64,000 bases of DNA from Acidobacteriota bacterium (GTDB lineage: Bacteria > Acidobacteriota > UBA890 > WLXD01). The DNA is taken from the NCBI GenBank assembly GCA_965205505.1, contig CBDBHB010000006.1, forward strand, positions 384,001 to 448,000, written 5' to 3'. The position numbers were made by a program, and so were the translations under genes. The notes under the pieces are model-generated. The model saw only the letters and a program-made list of their open reading frames with translations. It searched no databases and was not told the DNA's origin. Below, piece after piece: positions 21,041 to 31,857 of this stretch; position 1 is the stretch's first letter, and each line of letters starts with the position of its first letter.

Positions 21041-21901
21041 ATGAGCTTCCGCACGACGGTTATTCCGGTTGCGGGCCTCGGCACGCGCTTCCTGCCAGCC
21101 ACCAAGGCGACTCCCAAGGAAATGCTCCCGGTGTTCGATCGGCCGTTGTTGCAGTACGCCGTCGAGGAGTCGGTGGCCGCAGGCGGTAGCCGAGTCGTCT
21201 TGATTACCGCGCCCGGCAAGACCTCCGTGCTCAAGCACTTCGCTGCCGATCCGGGGCTCGAAGCCACCCTCCGTGAGCGCGGCAAGACCGCGATGCTCCA
21301 GGTCGTCCAGTCGGTTACCAGGCTCGCCCAGGTAGAGGCGGTGGAGCAACGAACGCCGCGCGGTGTCGGGCACGCCATCTTGCAGGCGCGCGAGACCGTA
21401 GGCGACGAGTACTTCGGGGTCATGTTCCCGGATGACTTTCTGCTGGCGAAGGTTCCCGTCCTCGAACAGCTCCGACGCGTTCACGCCCAACACGGAGGCG
21501 TCGTGTTGGCGGTCGAGCGGGTACCGCACGAGCACGTTGAGCGGTACGGCGTGATCAGCGGCGAACGTGTTGCCGCCAACGTCTACCGCGTCAACGACAT
21601 GGTGGAGAAGCCTTCGATCGACGAGGCGCCCACGGATCTGGCGATCGTCGGTCGGTATGTGCTTCCGCCGAAAATCTTCAGGATCCTCGGCGAGACCAGC
21701 ACCGGCGTCGGCGGCGAGGTCCAGCTAACCGATGCGCTGAGGTCCGCGCTAGGCGAGGAACCCTGTCATGCGGTGGAGTTCGAAGGGCTCCGTTACGACT
21801 GCGGTAGCCGCTTCGGGCTTCTACAGGCCACCGTCGAAGTGGCACGACGTCATCCCGAAGTGGGGGGCAGGTTTCGTCGCTACCTGAGCGAGCTCGACTG
21901 A
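21041..21901 (+). CDS. galU: UTP--glucose-1-phosphate uridylyltransferase
   Basis: AGLGTRFLPATKATPKEMLP, VEKP, GEVQLTDAL, RYDCGS. Confidence 0.93.
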   Translation: MSFRTTVIPVAGLGTRFLPATKATPKEMLPVFDRPLLQYAVEESVAAGGSRVVLITAPGKTSVLKHFAADPGLEATLRERGKTAMLQVVQSVTRLAQVEAVEQRTPRGVGHAILQARETVGDEYFGVMFPDDFLLAKVPVLEQLRRVHAQHGGVVLAVERVPHEHVERYGVISGERVAANVYRVNDMVEKPSIDEAPTDLAIVGRYVLPPKIFRILGETSTGVGGEVQLTDALRSALGEEPCHAVEFEGLRYDCGSRFGLLQATVEVARRHPEVGGRFRRYLSELD

Positions 21902-21906
21902 CGCGG

Positions 21907-21971
21907 CGCGCCTTGATCTCACCCGCAAATCCCTTCTGCGATCTGCAACGATCATCTGTTACAGGCCACTA
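21907..21971 (-). repeat. Partial (one-ended) copy of the MITE at 40495-40769
   Basis: Reverse complement matches the reconstituted MITE left end (T plus 40495-40558) at 61 of 65 nt; its TAG is the stop codon of the FmdB-family gene. Confidence 0.9.
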
Positions 21972-22298
21972 ATCGCTCTTCTTGTCGGGTTTCTTCGAAG
22001 TCTTGTCGCTCGTCGACTTGGCGGTCGTATCGGACTTGTTCTCCGACCCCTTCTGGCCCTTGCCCTTGCCCTTGCCGCTTGCGGCAGATTCCTTGCTGTC
22101 CGATTCCGGCTTCTTGCCCTTGTCGGAGTAGTCGGTGACGTACCAACCGGTGCCCTTGAACTGGATCGCCGGAGCATGCACCAGCCGATCGACACGCCCT
22201 TTGCACTCCGGACAAGTGCGCACGATGCGGTCCGAGAATTTCTGTATGCGTTCGAAGCGATGGCCGCACTTGCGGCACTCGTACTCGTAGATTGGCAT
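21969..22298 (-). CDS. FmdB-family zinc ribbon protein
   Basis: MPIYEYECRKCGHRFE...CPECKG...IQFKGTGWYVTDY plus Lys/Ser-rich tail. Confidence 0.93.
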   Translation of the reverse strand: MPIYEYECRKCGHRFERIQKFSDRIVRTCPECKGRVDRLVHAPAIQFKGTGWYVTDYSDKGKKPESDSKESAASGKGKGKGQKGSENKSDTTAKSTSDKTSKKPDKKSD

Positions 22299-22503
22299 CG
22301 GTGGTCGCGCCGAAGAGAACGGGGGGCGGTCGAGGCGTCAATATATCAACGTATGGAGAGTGGCTTGCACCGTTTTCGATAGCTGGACCGCTGCGGCCCC
22401 GTTCACATCGGCGCCAAATTGGGGGCGGGGAAGTCTGCTTCGCAGGTGAACCAGGCTCGGATCTCGGTGGTACGGCGCGCTGCCGCCGATACGCCCAGGC
22501 ACT

Positions 22504-25179
22504 TCAGGCTTTGGCGTCCATCCAGTTGGCCCCGACGCCGATTTCAACCAACAGCGGTACGTCGAGCTCGATGGCGCCCTCCATTTCCTGTTTCACCACT
22601 TCCGTTACTCGATCGACCTCCGGCTCGGGCACCTCGATCACCAGCTCGTCGTGCACCTGGATGAGCATCCCAGAGCTCAGCCCTAGCTTCGCGAGGCGGG
22701 CATGCAGATTGACCATGGCCAGCTTGATCAGGTCGGCGGCAGTTCCCTGAAGCGGTGTGTTCACGGCGATGCGCTCGCCGAAAGAGCGCACCATCGGGCG
22801 CCCGCTCTGCAGCTCGGGGAGGTGGCGTACCCGTCCCAGCAAAGTGGTTACGAACCCTTCCGCCCGGGCACGCTCGATCGTCGCCTCGAGGTAGTCGCGT
22901 ACCCTCGGGTAGGCGCTCAAGTAACGCTGGATGAAATCCTTGGCCTCCGCCAGTGAGACGTTGAACTCGCGCGCCAGGCGCTGTGGGCCCATCCCGTAGA
23001 GCACGCCGAAGTTGATTACCTTGGCCCGGTCACGTTGCTCGTAGCTAACGTCGTGAGGTTCGACGTGGAAAATCTGGGCGGCGGTGGCGCGGTGGATGTC
23101 GATGCCGTCGAGGAAGGCCTGCTGCAGCGCCGGGTCGGCCGATAGATGCGCCATGATGCGTAGCTCGATCTGCGAGTAGTCGGCCGTCATCAGCAGGCAG
23201 CCATCGGCGGGAACGAAAGCGCGGCGAATCTGGCGTCCGGTTGACTTGCGGATGGGAATGTTCTGCAGGTTCGGGTTGCTGCTCGACAGGCGTCCGGTCG
23301 CAGCCACCGCCTGATCGAAGGAACCGTGAACGCGGCCGGTATCGGGCAGCACATAGCCCGGCAATGCATCGACGTACGTGCTCTTGAGTTTCGAAAACTC
23401 GCGATACTCCAAAATCTGGCTGACGATCGGGTGGTCGGCGGCCAGCGCTTCGAGTATCTCGGCCTTGGTGGAGCGACTGCCCTTCGCGGTTTTGCCGCCG
23501 GCGGGTAGCCCGAGCCGGTCGAACAGTACCTCCGCGAGCTGCTTCGGCGAGTTGAGGTTGAACGGCTCTCCGGCGATTTCGTGGATCTCCGCTTGTAGGG
23601 TCTCGATGCGTTCCGCGAACTGGGAGGACATCTCCGCCAGGTAGCCGGTATCGATGCGTATGCCGCGCAGCTCCATTGCCGCCAGCACTTGCATCAAAGG
23701 CATCTCGAGGTCGGCGAGCAGCGCCGCCAAGCCCGGTTGTGCCTCGAGCTCCGTGTCGAAAGCGATTGCCAATCGCAGGGTCAGGTCGGCGCGCTCGGCC
23801 GCGTAGCGCGTCGCCTCGGCTATCGGGATAGCGTCGAATGTGGCCTTGCGGTCGGGAAGTATTTCCTTGAGCTCGGTCATGCGAACGTGGAGTAGATCGC
23901 TCGCCAGCGCCGACAGGCCGTGGCTCTGACGTGTCGGATGCAGCACGTATGAAGCCAACATGATGTCGAGCTGCGGCTCCACCCCGACGACATGGTGACG
24001 CGCCAGCGTGATCAGATCGCGCTTGAGGTCGTAGCCAACGAGGTCGACGTCGCCGTCGCCGAGCAATGGGGACAGCATGCGAAGACACTCGTCGGTGCGC
24101 ATCGCGTTCGTAACTCCGAGGCCCTGATGAGCGAGCGGTACATATACCCCGCTACCGACCTCCCAGCTCAGCCCCACACCGACGATCTGGGCGCGCATCG
24201 GTTGCCCGGCATCTACCTCCAGCTTGATGGCCACACGTCCCGCCTCACGGATCGTCATGATGACCGTCTCAAGCTCGGCAGCGTTAGCAACGGTGCGGTA
24301 ATCGCCCTCTGCTCGCTCGGGCTCCAGGACGTAGTCGTCTAGCAGCCGACGGAACTCCAGCTCCATGAAGATCTCGCGGCATGTGGCGACGTCGGGTTCT
24401 CCGACTTGCATCGCTTCGAGGGATAGCTCGATCGGAAGATCAGTGTGGATGGTGGCGAGCTGCTTCGACAGGTGGGCCTGCGCGGCGTACTCGGCCAGGT
24501 TGCGACCATACTTGTACTTCGCCAGGTCGGCCGCGTGGTCGACTGCGTTCTCCAGCGAGCCATAGGCCTGCAACAACTCGCGAGCCCGCTTCGGGCCGAT
24601 CCCCGAGACACCCGGAATGTCGTCGACACTGTCACCCATCAGCCCGAGCAGATCGGTCATGAGTCGAGGAGGCACACCGTACTTGTTCTCCACCTCCTCG
24701 GGGCCGTAGACGTAGCGCTGGTTGCGCTCTGTCAGCAGCTTGACCTCGTTGCTGACGAGCTGCAGCAGGTCCTTGTCTTCGGAGACGATGACGGTGTGTA
24801 TCCCGGCCTCCTCGGCGCGGGCGGCGAGCGTGCCGATCACGTCGTCGGCCTCGTAGCGCGGCAGCTCGAAGATGGGGATGCCCATCGCTTCGACGATGCG
24901 CCGGATCCAGGGAATCTGCTTCCGTAGGTCATCGGGTGTTTCGGGCCGACTGGACTTGTAGCCCGCGTACTCTTCGTGGCGCACGGTGGGTCCAGGCGGA
25001 TCGAACACGACGCCGCAGTAGTCGGGCTTCTCCTCGTTGATCAGCTTTCGCAGCATGGTGACGAAGCCCAGCGTGGCGTTGGTGGGAACGCCGCGCGAGT
25101 TGGTGAGCTCCGGCAACGCGTGGTAGGCGCGATGGATCTGATTGAGGGCGTCGATCAGACAGAGTTTCTTGGGAGGCAT
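22504..25179 (-). CDS. polA: DNA polymerase I
   Basis: 5'-3' exonuclease (YEADDVIGTLA, GDSVDDIPGVSGIG); polymerase motifs DYSQIELR, AKVINFGVLYG, QVHDEL; start MPPKKLCLID. Confidence 0.97.
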   Translation of the reverse strand: MPPKKLCLIDALNQIHRAYHALPELTNSRGVPTNATLGFVTMLRKLINEEKPDYCGVVFDPPGPTVRHEEYAGYKSSRPETPDDLRKQIPWIRRIVEAMGIPIFELPRYEADDVIGTLAARAEEAGIHTVIVSEDKDLLQLVSNEVKLLTERNQRYVYGPEEVENKYGVPPRLMTDLLGLMGDSVDDIPGVSGIGPKRARELLQAYGSLENAVDHAADLAKYKYGRNLAEYAAQAHLSKQLATIHTDLPIELSLEAMQVGEPDVATCREIFMELEFRRLLDDYVLEPERAEGDYRTVANAAELETVIMTIREAGRVAIKLEVDAGQPMRAQIVGVGLSWEVGSGVYVPLAHQGLGVTNAMRTDECLRMLSPLLGDGDVDLVGYDLKRDLITLARHHVVGVEPQLDIMLASYVLHPTRQSHGLSALASDLLHVRMTELKEILPDRKATFDAIPIAEATRYAAERADLTLRLAIAFDTELEAQPGLAALLADLEMPLMQVLAAMELRGIRIDTGYLAEMSSQFAERIETLQAEIHEIAGEPFNLNSPKQLAEVLFDRLGLPAGGKTAKGSRSTKAEILEALAADHPIVSQILEYREFSKLKSTYVDALPGYVLPDTGRVHGSFDQAVAATGRLSSSNPNLQNIPIRKSTGRQIRRAFVPADGCLLMTADYSQIELRIMAHLSADPALQQAFLDGIDIHRATAAQIFHVEPHDVSYEQRDRAKVINFGVLYGMGPQRLAREFNVSLAEAKDFIQRYLSAYPRVRDYLEATIERARAEGFVTTLLGRVRHLPELQSGRPMVRSFGERIAVNTPLQGTAADLIKLAMVNLHARLAKLGLSSGMLIQVHDELVIEVPEPEVDRVTEVVKQEMEGAIELDVPLLVEIGVGANWMDAKA

Positions 25180-25373
25180 GCGGAGCGTGCGGTGCGAGGT
25201 TGAGGGTGACCGGATGCTACTGCGGGACGCGCAGAGGCGCCAACGACAGGCTGCTAGACTAAAGGGGTGCAGAAATGGCGATGCGGCCATCGAGCGGGGT
25301 ATCACAAAGACGGATCGTGCTCAGTTGACCCTGTTCGAAGGACGGTGATAGATTTCGCACCTCCTACCCCTCC

Positions 25374-27122
25374 GTGAACAAGATGCCAAGGTGCATATTG
25401 GCTCGGACACGTCCTCAACCGGTGCGGGCGATCGCGTTGACACTGGCCGTCCTACTGACGGTGGCTATTTCTGCGAACGCCACGGCGCAAACTCCGGTCG
25501 CGTCGACCACTCAGAACCTCGTCGGCGTAGTGCAGGATTCCGGCGGCCTGCCGTTGCTGGGAGCCTTCGTGGCGGTGATCGCGCTGGGCTGCGACCAGCC
25601 GGCCGCGATTGTCGTGACCGACACCAGCGGCGGGTTCGAGGTCAAGGACCTGCCCTCCGGCGTCTACTCGCTCCTCGTAGGAAGCCTGGGATTCTCGGGC
25701 ACGATGCTGCAAGGCATCAACCTACCGGGTAGCGCCCCGCTGACCTTGCAACTCGAGGCTGATCCCTCGCGTAGCCTTTCAGCTTTCAGCGCGCCGCTGG
25801 ATATGAGCTGGGCGCTGCGCTCGAAGAAGCGCGACGTGCTACGCGAGACCCACGGCACGATCGTTGTCGACAACGGCACCGACGCCGTGAGGCTGGCCCC
25901 TGCCTTGTCTGTGACAGACAGAGTGGTGCGGGGTACGGACGCCGTGACCGGCGAGCTGCGTCTTTGGAGCGTCACGAGCACGAGCAGCGCCGAGACGGTC
26001 GGTGTCACGTCGCTGTCGCTCGGCAGCCCGGAAAGCTGGAACCTTCGAGCACACGTAGGGGGCTCGGGCGACCTGTGGGCGGCAGGTGACTTCACGCGCC
26101 AGGTCGGTGGCGGCCATGAGCTTCAGGTCGGATTCGGCTACGTTGGCGGAACGTTTGATCTGCTTGGTCCCGCGCATCGTCAGAATACTCCGGGCGACGC
26201 CTGGATCGGACGCCTCGATGTGCGTGACACATGGCGAATCTCGCGTCCGTTGAGCGTCTCTGTGGGCGCTCGGTATGAGCATCAGAGTTATCTCGCCACC
26301 TCCGCTCTGGTGTCGCCCACCGTCGAGGTGACGTACCAACCCGGTGAGACGACGCGCATATCCACCGGAGCGACCCAGAGCTCGACGGGCTTCAGCTTGG
26401 CTGATGACCAGGGGTTCGAAGTGCTGACGCTGCTCCGTCAAGCGGAGCTTCGCATCGGCAACACCAGCCGCGTCCAGCCGGAACGGGCGCGCCGCTACCA
26501 CCTCGAGGTGGAGCAGCGTATCGGCCCGGCCGCGGTCAGCGCCCGCGCCTACTTCGACAACGTCACCGATGAGCTTCTCGGCGTCTTCGTCTCGGGGCCG
26601 GACGGGGTCAGTAACTACCTGCTCTTCAACATCGGCGATTCCACTGCCAAGGGGTTCGAGCTTGCTGTGGCCGGAGAGCTGCTCGATACGCTCCTCGGCA
26701 GCGTCTCGGGCGAGGTCAGCTATGCGCGGCATAGTCGAAACAAGAGCTACTCATTTGCGACTCCGGGCCAGTTAGTACACCGCCTGGTGGAGATCGACAG
26801 CAACATGATTCGCCAGACGCACGAAATACAGGCTTCTGTAGCCGCCGAGCTGGCGCCGTCGCGCACGCACCTCCAGGCAAGCTACAACTGGCGATCAGGC
26901 ATGCCGATCGTTCAGGAGGGCGAGGTACGGTACGACTATGGGCGACTGGATCTGCGCTTGCGGCAACCGTTGCCGTTCCGGTCCAGGCGCACGCAATGGT
27001 CGGCAATGGTGCAGGTTCGCAATCTGCTCGGACCAGCATACGATCGTCTCTACAATGTATCCCTGGCTGAGCTCGTGGGACTCACCCGCGGCATTGCCGG
27101 CGGATTGGCAGTTCGTTTTTGA
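25374..27122 (+). CDS. Carboxypeptidase-regulatory-like domain plus TonB-dependent receptor-like beta-barrel protein
   Basis: Signal-like segment, GVVQDSGGLPLLGA...TDTSGGFEVKDLPSGVY, beta-strand-rich remainder, terminal Phe; start uncertain. Confidence 0.7.
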   Translation: MNKMPRCILARTRPQPVRAIALTLAVLLTVAISANATAQTPVASTTQNLVGVVQDSGGLPLLGAFVAVIALGCDQPAAIVVTDTSGGFEVKDLPSGVYSLLVGSLGFSGTMLQGINLPGSAPLTLQLEADPSRSLSAFSAPLDMSWALRSKKRDVLRETHGTIVVDNGTDAVRLAPALSVTDRVVRGTDAVTGELRLWSVTSTSSAETVGVTSLSLGSPESWNLRAHVGGSGDLWAAGDFTRQVGGGHELQVGFGYVGGTFDLLGPAHRQNTPGDAWIGRLDVRDTWRISRPLSVSVGARYEHQSYLATSALVSPTVEVTYQPGETTRISTGATQSSTGFSLADDQGFEVLTLLRQAELRIGNTSRVQPERARRYHLEVEQRIGPAAVSARAYFDNVTDELLGVFVSGPDGVSNYLLFNIGDSTAKGFELAVAGELLDTLLGSVSGEVSYARHSRNKSYSFATPGQLVHRLVEIDSNMIRQTHEIQASVAAELAPSRTHLQASYNWRSGMPIVQEGEVRYDYGRLDLRLRQPLPFRSRRTQWSAMVQVRNLLGPAYDRLYNVSLAELVGLTRGIAGGLAVRF

Positions 27123-27203
27123 GCAAGTAGCACCGGCGGCTCGTTCCCCTGGGGCGGTTGGAGCGCGACGCTGGATGGATTCAGAAAATCGAGTTCGAAG
27201 TGC

Positions 27204-27231
27204 GGCGAGGGAGGCAACCCCTCGCCTTTTT
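27204..27231 (+). terminator. Intrinsic terminator
   Basis: GGCGAGGGAG-GCAA-CCCCTCGCC hairpin followed by TTTTT. Confidence 0.7.
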
Positions 27232-27376
27232 CTATTCTTACGGGCGACAAAACAGGTTCACTTTTTTGAATTCTTCGACCAATAGATTGGATCACCGATT
27301 GACGTGAATTGTCACTTTGGCCGCTCAGGGCCCTTCATGAAGGGCCCCCTGGTGTTGTGCCGTTTGCCTGCCCCGC

Positions 27377-27391
27377 TGGTATGCCTCTTGC
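27377..27391 (+). promoter_or_regulatory. Putative sigma-54 (-24/-12) promoter
   Basis: TGGTATGCCTCTTGC has the exact GG-N10-GC spacing, 76 nt upstream of the kinase ATG. Confidence 0.6.
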
Positions 27392-27467
27392 GTAGATTGG
27401 TAGCCAGCTGCGTAGTTAGTTTCGAACCTGAGTCGTGCTACCCGTTTGCCCGGGCTGAACAACCCCA

Positions 27468-30332
27468 ATGACCAATCAACGCCAACGCATCGACGCTCTC
27501 CAGATCGTCGGGCTCATTGCCCTTGCCGGCGCGCTGGTCTTCCTCGGGGCGATTTCGTTCACTAACCAGCTGAGCTGGCGTGAGCCTACCGACGGAGTGC
27601 GATGGGAGCTGCGCGACGATCAGGTCACGGCCGCCGAGGTCGAGACGGCTGGAGCTGGCGCCGACGCGGGACTACACGCCGGCGACACGCTGATGAGCAT
27701 CGACGGTCAGCCACCAATCGACCCGCTGGTGGTGGAGATCATGCTCTTCAATCGCGACGTCGGTGAGCGTGTCGAGTACATGGTGCACCGAGCCGGCGCC
27801 GATATTCTTGTTCCGGTGATCGTCGGCGGTCGACGGGTGGAGACAGGCTACTACTACTATCTGGCGTTCGTCGGGCTGGCGTTCCTGCTGGTCGGGATCT
27901 TCGCGTTGCTGCGCGGCTCCGATTCGTCGAGCCGTCGGTTCTTTGTGCTCGCGATTGCGTTCTACTTGCTCTTCACGCTGTCGGCTACGACACGCGATGC
28001 TGACCCGTGGAACAACGTCATCTCGTGGCTCGATCAGATTGCCAGGGCCGTTGTGCCGGGCCTGTTCGTCTATTTCGCGCTGACGTTCCCGCGGCCCAAG
28101 CGGGAGTTCGAGGCGGCGCGGTCGCCGCTGACCCTGGCGATCTTCGCACCTGGTGTTCTCCTGTTCGCGATCAACCTGCTGTCTCGGTTCGCCAGCCGTT
28201 GGATGGGGCTGTCTGCCGTCGGCGCCGATCGTCTGTTTCAGATCGGAGCACGCGGCGAGCTCTTGTATTTTGCGCTTGCGATCGTACTCGGGGTGGCGAC
28301 GTTCGCGCACACGTTGCGAAGTTCCACGAGTCCGGCCGAGCGTATGCGGCTCAAGTGGCTGGTCGGCGGCCTAGCGGTCGGATTCCTGCCGTTTCTGGTG
28401 ATCTACCTGCCGATGGAGATGCTCGGGCTCGAGTACGTGCCGCTGACCAACCTGTCGATGATCCCGCTGATGCTGGTGCCGTTATCGTTTGCCTACGCGG
28501 CAGTCGGCTTTCGCCTCTGGGACGTCGAGGTAATCCTCAAACAGAGCATTACCTACGCCGTGGCGATCTTGGTCGTGCTCGGTGTGTATTTCGCCTCGCA
28601 ATGGTCGCTGGCGCGTCTGCTCGGCCCCGAGGACCAGCTCGTGCAGACAGCGTCGCTCCTGGCCATGTTGCTGGTGGCGATCGGTTTCGCACCGTTGCGC
28701 GAAAAACTCAGTGATCTCGCCGATCGTCTCTACTATCACGACAGCTACAGGGCTCGCCGTACGCTCATGGACTTCGGGCGCGAGCTCAACAGTGAAACTG
28801 ACCTTTCGCGCGTCGTCGACCTACTCGCGCGACGGGTTCGCGAGACCCTGCACGTGGGTCGTGTTGCCGTGCTGCTGCGAGCGCGGGAGCGCGACCCGCT
28901 GCGCATCGTTCCACCCAACGGCGCACTGACGGAGGGCCGACAACTGTCGTCGACGTTCTCCCAGTTCGTAGCAGGCGCACTGTCTAGGCGCGAATTTCTC
29001 TACGTCGACGACCTCGGAGACCTGCTCGACGAAAACCCCGACGATGGCGAGATCCTCGAGGCCGAGGACCTGTCGTACTTTCTACCGTTGGACGTCAAGG
29101 GCGACATCATCGGCGTGCTCGCGCTGGGCAGAAAGCTCTCCGGCGACTACTTGTCGACGGAGGATCTCAAGGTACTGCAGCCGCTGGCGGCGCACCTCGC
29201 GCTGGCAATCGACAACGCCCTGCTGTACCGCGAAGTGCAGCGTCGCGCCGGCGAGCTCGAGCGCCTGAAAGAGTACAGCGAGAACGTTGTCGAGAGCATC
29301 AAAGCCGGCGTCATGGTGCTGGACGAAAATGGCCGTGTGCAGTCATGGAACCGCTCGCTGGCGCGCTTGTACGGTATCGAGCCCGAGCAAGCCATGGGGC
29401 TGGCGCTTGAAGAGCTGTTTCCTGCCAGCTTCAACCGGGTGCTCTCCGATGCGCGTGCCAAGCTGCACCGTGGCCTCGAGCCGGTGACTTCCGCCTATCG
29501 CATTCCACTCCGCACGCGCGCCGGAAAGGACTGCGTCGTCACGTTTTCGATGGCGCCCCTGGTCGGTGAGCAGGGCGGCGAGGGCACGGTGATCATCGTC
29601 GACGACGTCACCGAGCGGGCCGAGCTTGAATCACAGCTACAGCAGGCCGAGAAGCTCACATCGGTCGGGCTCCTCGCCGCCGGTGTGGCGCATGAGGTGA
29701 ATACACCGCTGACCGGCATCTCGAGCTACGTGCAGATGCTGCAGCGCCGGCTTCCGAAGTCCGACCCGCACCTCGCTATCCTCGAGAAGATCGAAAAGCA
29801 ATCGTTCCGTGCCTCGCAGATCGTCAACAATTTGCTGAACTTCTCACGCCAGGAGACGGGCGACTTCAGACACGTCCATCTCAACGATATGGTACACGAC
29901 ACGCTGGCGCTGGCGGAGATCCAGCTCAACAAGCGCAACATCAAGATCACCACCAAGCTTGGCGACGTAGCGCCGGTGACCGGCGACCCGATCAAGCTGC
30001 AGCAGGTGCTCATGAACTTACTGCTCAACGCTCGCGACGCGATGCCTACCGGTGGTGAGTTGCGCATCGAGACGACGCAGAACAACGGCGACTCGATGCT
30101 ACGGGTCAGCGATACGGGGACGGGCATCAAGGAAAGCGACCTCGACAAGGTCTACGACCCGTTCTTCACGACCAAGGGCATTGGCAAAGGTACCGGCCTC
30201 GGGCTGTCGGTGAGCTACGGGATCATTCAGGAGCACCGCGGCACGATCGCCGTGGAGAGCGATCCGGATACGGGCACGACGTTCCGCATCACCCTGCCTT
30301 CGACGAGCGCCGACTGGCACACCACCTCCTAG
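27468..30332 (+). CDS. Membrane sensor histidine kinase (PDZ, multi-TM, GAF, PAS, HisKA, HATPase)
   Basis: AGVAHEVNTPL, NLLLNARDAM, DTGTGI, PFFTTKGIGKGTGLGL; PDZ-like AGLHAGDTLMSIDG. Confidence 0.93.
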   Translation: MTNQRQRIDALQIVGLIALAGALVFLGAISFTNQLSWREPTDGVRWELRDDQVTAAEVETAGAGADAGLHAGDTLMSIDGQPPIDPLVVEIMLFNRDVGERVEYMVHRAGADILVPVIVGGRRVETGYYYYLAFVGLAFLLVGIFALLRGSDSSSRRFFVLAIAFYLLFTLSATTRDADPWNNVISWLDQIARAVVPGLFVYFALTFPRPKREFEAARSPLTLAIFAPGVLLFAINLLSRFASRWMGLSAVGADRLFQIGARGELLYFALAIVLGVATFAHTLRSSTSPAERMRLKWLVGGLAVGFLPFLVIYLPMEMLGLEYVPLTNLSMIPLMLVPLSFAYAAVGFRLWDVEVILKQSITYAVAILVVLGVYFASQWSLARLLGPEDQLVQTASLLAMLLVAIGFAPLREKLSDLADRLYYHDSYRARRTLMDFGRELNSETDLSRVVDLLARRVRETLHVGRVAVLLRARERDPLRIVPPNGALTEGRQLSSTFSQFVAGALSRREFLYVDDLGDLLDENPDDGEILEAEDLSYFLPLDVKGDIIGVLALGRKLSGDYLSTEDLKVLQPLAAHLALAIDNALLYREVQRRAGELERLKEYSENVVESIKAGVMVLDENGRVQSWNRSLARLYGIEPEQAMGLALEELFPASFNRVLSDARAKLHRGLEPVTSAYRIPLRTRAGKDCVVTFSMAPLVGEQGGEGTVIIVDDVTERAELESQLQQAEKLTSVGLLAAGVAHEVNTPLTGISSYVQMLQRRLPKSDPHLAILEKIEKQSFRASQIVNNLLNFSRQETGDFRHVHLNDMVHDTLALAEIQLNKRNIKITTKLGDVAPVTGDPIKLQQVLMNLLLNARDAMPTGGELRIETTQNNGDSMLRVSDTGTGIKESDLDKVYDPFFTTKGIGKGTGLGLSVSYGIIQEHRGTIAVESDPDTGTTFRITLPSTSADWHTTS

Positions 30333-30381
30333 CCCCCCTCCCGCGAGTCGGTTGGCGCTACCGGCCGCGCAGGTAGAGCCT

Positions 30382-31779
<1,398 letters not shown>

Positions 31780-31857
31780 CGCCGCACGCTCGGCCCGTTA
31801 TCTGCCCGTCGATAGAATGCTACAGACTGGCACAACGATGCCCGGAGGCAATAGCCG

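Noticed and set aside
31828-31841. TGGCACAACGATGC as a sigma-54 promoter
   Set aside because: GG-to-GC spacing is 9 rather than 10, and it is too close to the start codon
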